Below are positions 47,415 to 55,001 of a stretch of 64,000 nucleotides of DNA, piece by piece. The notes under the pieces are model-generated. The model saw nothing but the letters and a program-made list of their open reading frames with translations. It made no database searches and had not been told where the DNA came from. Origin of the DNA: Gammaproteobacteria bacterium (lineage in GTDB: Bacteria; Pseudomonadota; Gammaproteobacteria; UBA4575). A program made the translations under genes and the position numbers. The stretch covers positions 1,205,031 to 1,269,030 of the forward strand of contig OZ252002.1 in the NCBI GenBank assembly GCA_965247265.1. Reading direction: 5' to 3'. How positions within the stretch are numbered: position 1 is the first letter of the stretch; each line of letters starts with the position of its first letter.

Positions 47415-48532
47415 TTGACGGTAGATAAAGTGGTCACAGACTCGCAGGATGTAGATTTATTCACTCCGATTGAAGTCGGAGCTATCAAATGCTCAAATCG
47501 CTGTGTGATGGCACCAATGTCACGTAATAGATCCGGACGCAAAGGTGTGCCACCAAGCATGATGGCAACATATTATGCTCAGCGCGCCTCAGCGGGGCTT
47601 ATCATTAATAAAGCAACATGGATTACTCCGGGTGGCGGAAATTCCAATACACCTGGTATCGCCAACAAAGAACAAGTCGAAGGATGGAAACGTGTAACCG
47701 GTGCAGTGCACGAGCATGAAGGGCACATCATTTTATAACTTTGGCATGTTGGTCGTATCTCACATCCAACCATGCAGCAAAATAATGAATTACCGGTTGC
47801 GCCTTCTGCCATTACGCCGGCGGGAGAAGCAGAAACGTATACTGGTAATTTACCCTATGTGAAACCTCGTGCTCTTTCTACTACAGAAATACCGCACATC
47901 ATGAGTTATATGCACGTGCCGCTGAGCGAGCCAAACAAGCAGGCTTTGATGGTGTTGAAATTCATGCGGGTAATGGTTATTTGCTAGATCAATTTTTACG
48001 TGACGGTAGCAATCAGCGTGACGATCAGTATGGTGGATCTATCAATAACCGCTGTCGAATCGTCCTTGAAATTACTGAGGCAGTTTGCTCGATATGGCCA
48101 GCCAGTCGGGTTGGTGTTCGTATCTCTCCGCTAGTTGCACGTAACGACATCCGTGACTCCAATCCAGAAGCACTATTTACATATGTAGTGGATCAACTAA
48201 ATGGCTATGAATTAGCATATTTGTTCATTATGGAGAATTCGCCTGGATCAAACGAAGATGCAGGACTTTCTTTTGATACCCAAATTCTACGTCGACAGTT
48301 TAATGGCGTCTATATAGTTAATGGCGGTTACGATCGGGATCTAGCTAATGCTGCATTGCGCCAAGGTCACGCTAATATGGTGTCTTTTGGTACACCATTT
48401 ATTTCCAACCCGGATCTAGTTGAACGCTTCGCCAAAAGCGCAAATCTTAATGAGGTTGATTTCACTACCGCACAGGGTGGTGATGAACATGGGTTGACTG
48501 ATTACCCATTTTTAACAAATAAATTAATTTGA
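47415..48532 (+). pseudogene. Old Yellow Enzyme-family NADH:flavin oxidoreductase, inactivated
   Basis: In-frame TAA at 47736-47738 inside the OYE motif (GHIIL-stop-LWHVGRISHP, where Gln is expected). A frame change near 47905-47910 precedes AGFDGVEIHAGNGYLLDQFL. Confidence 0.85.
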
Positions 48533-48626
48533 ATTAACTAAATATTTGCCTAATCTATCTATATTCAACACTAAGAATAAAAGATTCTTTTACAGCGTAT
48601 ATACGATCTATCATTATGCGAAACAT

Positions 48627-48657
48627 TGATGACTGCTAATGGCCGTAAGCAGACATT
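48627..48657 (+). repeat. palindromic intergenic element, copy H of 8 (variant loop)
   Basis: TTGATGACTGCTAATGGCCGTAAGCAGACATT. Confidence 0.7.
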
Positions 48658-48664
48658 AAACTCA

Positions 48665-49801
48665 TTAAATATTAACTACTTTATCTACACCTAGGAACGA
48701 TTCACGATAAAACTGAGCACGGAATTCTGGTGGTAATAACGTGTACACTTGATCCATAACAGATTTATCAATATGCCCTGTCTGACGTTGTCGGATATCG
48801 TCGTCAATTCCGCGCATACGTTGCTGTGAGGCATTTTCCTTGCGAAGTTGATGTATTATTAAAAATGGACGACCTAATACTTCAGTAGCAGCTTGCTTAA
48901 ATAATCTTAGGATATATGCGCCTTTACCTTTATCGGTTTTAGGTCCAAATTGGAATACACGACCATCATCAGATTCACGTTTCATTAATAGCTCAATAGC
49001 ATTAGCTGCAAGTGGCGTAAGCATTACAACTTTAGGTTTCTTGTTCTTGTGCTCTATATCAGGAATACAAACAAATGCTGGCTCTTTAAGAGATACAAAA
49101 TTTTTCTTAAGCCTAATTACTTCTCCACGTCTCATGCTGGTTTCATATAAGACGATCATTGCCAAATGCACATCAAAATCACGTCGACGTAACCATTCCA
49201 ATAATTTTTTAAACTGCAAAGGGGGTAGGGGTGCGGTATCTCTAAGTCCGCGTTTTTCAGAATCGTATCTATTGTCTATAGGGATGTCAGGGTCTAGTGG
49301 CCAATTTCTAAAATCAGGTTGCCATGCATAATGCTTCTTGGAAAATTGCAAAACTTGTTTAATTGCATGTAGTTCACGTTTAACAGTAGTAACAGTCACA
49401 CCGTCTTGATCATGTCTTTTATATGCATAGTCAGTTAAATAAGGTGTAGTAATCTCAGACAATTTAATGCATGAGCCTATATGTTTTTGAGTTCGACGAA
49501 ATAGTGATCCATTATCTTGTTTATAGCTCCTATATCTCAATGCAACTGTGTTGATATAATTCTCACAAGCATCTATAAATAGAGGATCTGGAGAATGAAC
49601 TAATTCTCCGCGACTGTGATTGGGAGCTGTTTTAGGGGAAGTGCCTTCGAGCCGATATAAGTATTGTTCTTTTTCAGCTAGCCAACTCTCGGCTTTGTAC
49701 TGATCATTGAACCGCTGTCTAAAATTATGTGTAACTCCATTGATTTTACGCTGAGTATATGCAGTGTACTTGCTGCGAGATTTCTCGAAATGAATTCCCA
49801 T
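48665..49801 (-). CDS. tyrosine recombinase / integrase (paralogue 2), next to tRNA-Leu
   Basis: 378 aa. LYETSMRRGEV, HQLR, TGH, QVYT. Blocks shared with 43429-44568 include EHKNKKPKVVMLTP, RVFQF and RQRQTGH. Confidence 0.85.
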   Translation of the reverse strand: MGIHFEKSRSKYTAYTQRKINGVTHNFRQRFNDQYKAESWLAEKEQYLYRLEGTSPKTAPNHSRGELVHSPDPLFIDACENYINTVALRYRSYKQDNGSLFRRTQKHIGSCIKLSEITTPYLTDYAYKRHDQDGVTVTTVKRELHAIKQVLQFSKKHYAWQPDFRNWPLDPDIPIDNRYDSEKRGLRDTAPLPPLQFKKLLEWLRRRDFDVHLAMIVLYETSMRRGEVIRLKKNFVSLKEPAFVCIPDIEHKNKKPKVVMLTPLAANAIELLMKRESDDGRVFQFGPKTDKGKGAYILRLFKQAATEVLGRPFLIIHQLRKENASQQRMRGIDDDIRQRQTGHIDKSVMDQVYTLLPPEFRAQFYRESFLGVDKVVNI

Positions 49802-49931
49802 AATTGTCCCTCATTGGCCAATTGTTGATCATTGGTAATACGGGAATACGATTCAAGATCGAGTCACGTGATAAGTGGTTGAATCTATGATGAATGGTAA
49901 TATGTAAACAGATCCTAGCCTCCATTTTTTT

Positions 49932-49954
49932 GCCCGGGTGACGGAATTGGTACG
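49932..49954 (+). other. tRNA-Leu 5' fragment (acceptor plus D-arm remnant)
   Basis: GCCCGGGTGACGGAATTGGTACG versus the tRNA 5' end GCCCGGGTGGCGAAATTGGTAGA (20/23 match). No downstream cloverleaf completes it. Confidence 0.5.
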
Positions 49955-50070
49955 ATATGCAGGATGCACAAGTGCCGCGAGAGGCAGGATGTTGATAGAG
50001 GTAGCAAGCCCAGTGCGAAGTGCTGGCAGAATTTAATTTACAATTAGATTTTTAAGACCATCACGTATTA

Positions 50071-50158
50071 GCCCGGGTGGCGAAATTGGTAGACTCAAGG
50101 GACTTAAAATCCCTCAGGATAATATCCTGTGCCGGTTCGAGTCCGGCCCCGGGCACCA
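50071..50158 (+). tRNA. tRNA-Leu (anticodon UAA), class II with a long variable arm and encoded CCA
   Basis: Acceptor GCCCGGG / CCCGGGC. Anticodon stem-loop AGGGA-CTTAAAA-TCCCT. Variable arm CAGGATAATATCCTG. T-arm GCCGGTTCGAGTCCGGC. Confidence 0.9.
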
Positions 50159-50559
50159 ATTAAAATAACTAGATATTTAATATAACTTGACTAAATTCAC
50201 ACAATTTAAATAGTGAATTGACATAATGCAGAAAAAGAACAACAAGGAGCCTCCTCCCCGCCAGGATGCCGGCCAAGTGTGTGTTAGATCGCCTAAACTT
50301 ACCCGTTTTTAAACTTGATAGGAGTTGATTTGTTTGGTTTGTCAAAAGCCTTGCGAAGACCCAGTTCGCCTCCCTGTCGCGGCTATTCGCAGAATGCGGC
50401 AACGCAGCTGCCTATAGCTCAGTCCGCCAACGGATGGTATGGCAAAGTAGCAACTCGGATTAGAACCTACTCACTATCGAATGCAATTATCTTTACATTA
50501 GCTCGCTTCTATAGCATTCGAGTAATGATTAGAATTGGCCGCTGGATTAGGGGTGGTGG

Positions 50560-51135
50560 TTGGGCAGATCGGCTAATACATTACAGCCTGTTTCAGAGTT
50601 AATTGTCGGCCCGCCTTTAGAGGAGGCCCTGAACAACATTCGCTCTGACGGATGGTGCCCTGGATTTTTTCTGAATGGCGAAGTAGTACAAGAGTTACTG
50701 AACTATATGGATAATCAGAGATATACCTGTCGCGTGCTCCCGAGCGAAATGAAGTTACGACTGAACCAGCGCGAGTATCTTGATAATAAATATGGCACAT
50801 CGATTTGTTTTGCTCAGTGTGCAGACCCGGATGGTTCTCAACTTGTTCAATCAATTGCCAAGGATCAAATACTGCGCAACCTTGCAACGCGGTACTTTGG
50901 GTACCCGCCAATGAAAGTCGAAGTAAAATTGTCCGTAAGCTTCGCTACTAATACCCCAATGGCTGAACGTCTGGCTCAAGGTAGAGCCGGTCTTTTCCAC
51001 TATGATGTAGATCATTTTTTTCATACACTATTTTTCATCTTCTACCTAACACCGGTTGATGAGGAGTCCGGTGCTCATGTCCTCGTACCAGGATCACATG
51101 GAGCGAAACGCCGTGATCATGCATCAGCAAGATAG
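50560..51135 (+). pseudogene. PhyH-like 2OG/Fe(II) oxygenase, probably truncated
   Basis: HxD in LFHYDVD and GAHVLVPGSH, typical of phytanoyl-CoA dioxygenase-like proteins. The frame ends about 60-80 aa early and overlaps an unrelated ORF. Confidence 0.4.
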
Positions 51136-51469
51136 CTCAGAGAATCGAACATCCGGAGTATCAACGACACCGATTTTTGAGAACGCTACATGCTACGCGA
51201 CTCATAACGGCAAGTACACTGGTGGGTTCGTGTACAAGATCGACACTCAGCTCTTAGCACGCTTCGGCGTTACGGCATATGAGGTTGCGGAGCACGCGAC
51301 GAAACCGGTTATTCCAGATGATCAGGAAATAATTCTGGTTGCAAGCGATTATGGATCGTTACCAAGAGAAATCGTCATTGAGGTCATTAATGTATAGCTG
51401 TATAACAATTTACTCCAGGCGATCGGTTGCGCTCAATCGTTATGTGTTTCAAATAAAAAAAGTTCAAAC

Positions 51470-52210
51470 ATGAATCGGAAGCAATTTATAGAATCCCAGG
51501 GTGCTACGTGTCGAAATTGGACATGGAGTTGGTCATTTATAAATGAAAATGAAAAAGTAATTAAATTTGGAGCGTGGGATATTCATAAACAGGGAAATAC
51601 GTCTTTGATTTTAAGTGAAAGTTGGGAAACTAACGATAAAGGAAGAAAACTACCAGGATATGAACAATCACGAGAGCACATTCGCCTTGTTGAAGAAGAA
51701 GGATATAAATTAAAAACACTCCCTATAATTTATTCTAATGCTAATAAGGATGAAAAAGGTATCGGGCCTGCAAAAATTGAGGAATTTATTCCTGAATTAA
51801 GCGAGAAGTCTTTAAAGAGAGTCGGAAGCAATTGGTATGCTTCTGATGACTCAATTAGCATTAATTTACCTGAGGAGATAAATAACCCTGAGCAATTTAT
51901 TGAGGGTGCTTCAAAAACAATTTCAGTTAATACTTATGAGCGCAATTCAGTGGCTAGGTTAAAGTGTATCGAACATTATGGATATGAATACGTCGTATGT
52001 TCTTTTAATTTTGAAAAAATTTATGGTTCTATTGGTGAAAAATATATACATGTCCACCATATAGTCCCACTTTCTAAGATAAAAAAAGAATATAAATTAG
52101 ACCCAATTAAAGATTTAGTGCCCGTGTGTCCTAATTGGCATGCCATTATTCATAAGACACAACCAGCATTAACTATTGAACAGTTGAAGCAACACATAGG
52201 TTTGAAATGA
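51470..52210 (+). CDS. HNH endonuclease-domain protein with an uncharacterised N-terminal domain
   Basis: 246 aa. C-terminal HNH core IHVHHIVPLS ... LVPVCPNWHAIIH. Two of the usual Zn-binding Cys positions are substituted (VCSF, CPNW). Confidence 0.7.
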   Translation: MNRKQFIESQGATCRNWTWSWSFINENEKVIKFGAWDIHKQGNTSLILSESWETNDKGRKLPGYEQSREHIRLVEEEGYKLKTLPIIYSNANKDEKGIGPAKIEEFIPELSEKSLKRVGSNWYASDDSISINLPEEINNPEQFIEGASKTISVNTYERNSVARLKCIEHYGYEYVVCSFNFEKIYGSIGEKYIHVHHIVPLSKIKKEYKLDPIKDLVPVCPNWHAIIHKTQPALTIEQLKQHIGLK

Positions 52211-52446
52211 AAGAAGCACATGATAAGGCGCACAACCTGAAAGTTATCGTATCAGTTAAGTCTATGTGTTGAATGCCCGCTGTTGATTTTAAATAGAAGT
52301 TCAGGTTCTGGAATAGTGCAAATTTCAGCTAATCATATAGAATTAATTCGGTAGTTCTAGCATCAATCGAGTTAGTTATATAAATATTTGATATTCAATG
52401 AAATGTGTAGTTTTCAATTTGCGAGTAGCCCCAAAAGTTGCCCCTT

Positions 52447-53574
52447 CTAGCATGATGAATTACGCAATTCTCTAGCTATAGCATTCGCAAGTAGTTCAAT
52501 ATCAGGATGGTTAGTTTGAGTAGGTATTGACCCCATGCCATGAATAATCTCAGCCTGACGCTGATTTGGAACTTCACCGTAGCTAATAAATGTAGTCATA
52601 ACATCATCATGTCCAAGATTTTGACTCCATGCTTTAAAGTCCTCTGGTGTTTTGCAGACAGATTGACCGAACATAGAAAGGGTATTCCTAAAACTGTGTG
52701 GGTTGAAATAGGGCAGACCAGCATTTGTAAAAGCATCTTTAAATATTTTGCGTATAGGCGACGAATTACTCCAATGTTCTCGCGTAATCCCAACTGCTTC
52801 AAATAACTGGTTTTCGCCGACAGATACTTGTGTTGAAGGAAACATAGGATCGTCATGACTAAATAGTAAATCCTCAATTAAGTGTGTTACCCAGACTTCT
52901 ACAATTTGACGAATTTCATCGCCGACCGGGAAAAAATACGTATTAAACGTTTTGCTAAATTTTGTACGTACTTCTCTAGCGTCCTGAAATACGTATCCAG
53001 ATGTAAAATCTATGTGTTTTAATTTCAATGAAGCAATAGCACTGTCTCTTGCTCCAGTCAGGATCGTAAAAGCAATTATCGCGCGATTTCTTTGTGTTAT
53101 GTCAGAATCTCCTGACATTGAATCGATGACATGTTTGATTTGATCAAGTGTGGGTACTGGCTTGGTCCTATGAGCTGTGGCAATACGTGCGTCTTTTTCA
53201 GATAAATTGAAATACTCGGCCTCTGAATAGGATATACGGGATTTATAGCCAGGCTGCTCTGAGAGCCATTGAAAAAAACGCTTTATATGTCCAAGTGTCG
53301 TACTTAGCGTGGCCTTGCTTAAATTCTTACCTGTTTGTTGATTTTTCTGTTCAGATAAATGTTTCTTGAAGGCAATGGCCTGTTCGTAGTGAAATGCCTT
53401 AAAGTCACGAAACTTTGTGTACACTTCAAATCTATTCATAGCTTTTGCTATTGCGTCAATTGTAGCTTCATTTTGACGCTTTGCTTCTTTAGTAAATATA
53501 AAATATTTACGTTTAATACGTTCATTATTTGGGTTGTAATTTTTCATAGTATTCACCACATTAGTTAAAGTCAC
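52447..53574 (-). CDS. tyrosine recombinase / integrase (third, unrelated type)
   Basis: 375 aa. TGARDSAI (Arg), HSFRNT (HxxR), LGHDDVMTTFISYG (His and Tyr). Its start abuts the GC-content switch. Confidence 0.85.
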   Translation of the reverse strand: MTLTNVVNTMKNYNPNNERIKRKYFIFTKEAKRQNEATIDAIAKAMNRFEVYTKFRDFKAFHYEQAIAFKKHLSEQKNQQTGKNLSKATLSTTLGHIKRFFQWLSEQPGYKSRISYSEAEYFNLSEKDARIATAHRTKPVPTLDQIKHVIDSMSGDSDITQRNRAIIAFTILTGARDSAIASLKLKHIDFTSGYVFQDAREVRTKFSKTFNTYFFPVGDEIRQIVEVWVTHLIEDLLFSHDDPMFPSTQVSVGENQLFEAVGITREHWSNSSPIRKIFKDAFTNAGLPYFNPHSFRNTLSMFGQSVCKTPEDFKAWSQNLGHDDVMTTFISYGEVPNQRQAEIIHGMGSIPTQTNHPDIELLANAIARELRNSSC

Positions 53575-53604
53575 TGTTTACGGAGGACTAACTGCTCTCA
53601 CTTA

Positions 53605-53853
53605 GTGGAAGTTCATGAGGTGGGTGGCGATCCACGCTCCGATCTGCTCAAAGATGCAGACAGCATCTCCTATTTCGATGTCAATCTCCCGCTCTACTAT
53701 CAACGCGAGGGTTGGCAGGAGACCAAGCGGCGATCAAGCTGGGGCTATCGGCGCCTATCCGCACGAGCAAAAGAGCTCGTCAACAAGATCTACTATCAGG
53801 ATGATACGCTAATGCAGCTGCTGCAAGAGGTGATTGATGAAGATGTCCACTAA
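53605..53853 (+). pseudogene. 3' fragment of a DUF4202-like gene (tentative)
   Basis: An 82-aa ORF. LLKDADSISYFD ... WGYRRLSARAKELV resembles the C-terminal third of DUF4202 proteins. The N-terminal ~100 aa are missing at the composition junction. Confidence 0.3.
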
Positions 53854-53899
53854 CGGCTTTGTCGCAGCAATGAGTAAATTGTGTCCGGTCAGTTAGGCC

Positions 53900-54055
53900 A
53901 TGCCAAAAGTACCACCTAGAGTCGGTCGTTTCTTTTGTTGGTTGGGATGGCATGATTTTCGCGTCATCGATACAACTTTCGGGTTCGGCGCCGCAGGCAA
54001 TATCGAGAAGGTAAAGTGCCGACGTTGCGGTGTGACTATCACCCGCCAAGCTTGA
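53900..54055 (+). CDS. small zinc-ribbon-like protein (51 aa), prophage-type, hypothetical
   Basis: ATG ORF below the track threshold: MPKVPPRVGRFFCWLGWHDFRVIDTTFGFGAAGNIEKVKCRRCGVTITRQA. Confidence 0.3.
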   Translation: MPKVPPRVGRFFCWLGWHDFRVIDTTFGFGAAGNIEKVKCRRCGVTITRQA

Positions 54056-54155
54056 TCAGATTTGCCCATGCTGGACTCAGGACGAGTTGAACGCCTTACG
54101 ATTTCCGACCGAGGGGAATTTTGATCGATGTACCAAAGGTTTGACAATTGAAGGA

Positions 54156-54195
54156 GTGTAGAGGCGTGCGAAACTTTTTTGCGAAACATGCGAAA
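54156..54195 (+). repeat. left arm of a perfect 40-bp inverted repeat
   Basis: GTGTAGAGGCGTGCGAAACTTTTTTGCGAAACATGCGAAA is the exact reverse complement of 54962-55001. Confidence 0.95.
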
Positions 54196-54344
54196 CTTAA
54201 GTGCGTAATTTTTTTAGAAAAATAAAAAATCAACAATGTGTTGACGGAAGCATGTGAAATTATGCGGAATTTGGCGGAAGGATTTTCAGAAGAAACGCTA
54301 CGATTCCCGGTCTGGCCGGTGTTAGTGCACCGGTCAGTTGATAC

Positions 54345-54608
54345 CTATCCATCATCGAGATAGTCGTGCAGGGTGTTAAAGATCGTGACCTCGTCTTGCC
54401 GGGAGATACCAAGAAACGGTCGCGCGGGAGTGTTGCCCCAGGGGATGGGGAAGGAGCCGGCCTTGGTCCTGTAGTGACCGGTGCCAAAATCGCCTCGCTG
54501 TGCGCCGAACTGGTGGATAGCGCCATACTCTCTGTCGGTGCCCAACTCCAGTGCGGTATTGCTGGCCCGGTAGCGCAGGGTACTGCTCAGGTGCTGGTTC
54601 AGCACCAA
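54345..54608 (-). pseudogene. phage virion morphogenesis protein (Mu gpG-like) fragment
   Basis: EYGAIHQFGAQRG ... TPARPFLGISRQDEVTI matches the C-terminal part of the Mu G / Phage_tail_S family. The N-terminal portion is absent. Confidence 0.5.
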
Positions 54609-54961
54609 AATGAGGTGTTGATTCTTTTTCTTGCGTCTTTGTGCGGGGACAGAATTAATTAAGAATCCGGAAGAACCCGGAAGTAGATGGAAGAAGACGG
54701 ACAGGCCTTGTATTTTCTAGGGTTTCCGGCGTTGGGGCCGGTACCCTAAAACAGAAAATAATTAAGAATCTCGCCCTAAAATCCCATTGAAAGGCCGAGA
54801 AACGACTATTTTCCAGCAAAGATCACTCCAGAAAATCCGGGAACTTTCCAGCCATTCTTAATTACTTTCTGCCCAAATTCTTAATTATTTTTGTCCGCTA
54901 ACATCCGCTAACAATCAAAATCAATACCTGTTGACATAGTCAACACCCCTGCGCAGCTATC

Positions 54962-55001
54962 TTTCGCATGTTTCGCAAAAAAGTTTCGCACGCCTCTACA
55001 C
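54962..55001 (-). repeat. right arm of a perfect 40-bp inverted repeat
   Basis: TTTCGCATGTTTCGCAAAAAAGTTTCGCACGCCTCTACAC. It contains three TTTCGCA heptamers. Confidence 0.95.

Noticed and set aside
28957-48657. Classical integron (attC sites plus intI)
   Set aside because: The repeat is only about 33 nt. It lacks RYYYAAC / GTTRRRY core sites. The adjacent recombinases are ~380-aa phage/island-type integrases without features I would associate with IntI. The cassette-like organisation is kept as a finding, but it is not called an integron.
50410-50423. Second tRNA or tRNA fragment (GCCTATAGCTCAGT)
   Set aside because: Only 14 nt resemble an acceptor/D-arm. No anticodon arm, T-arm or acceptor complement follows.
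51056-51397. ADP-ribosyltransferase toxin gene
   Set aside because: Only a faint STT ... QE pattern sits in the last ~80 aa. There is no upstream Arg motif or delivery domain. The ORF overlaps a truncated gene in another frame, so the evidence is insufficient for a call.
53615-54662. Overlapping ORFs 53615-53812, 53780-54049, 53893-54189, 54260-54526 and 54366-54662 as genes
   Set aside because: They are mutually overlapping frames in GC-rich DNA. The identical N-termini of two of them come from the 40-bp inverted repeat. Only the Mu G-like fragment and a 51-aa zinc-ribbon ORF have any protein-like signal.
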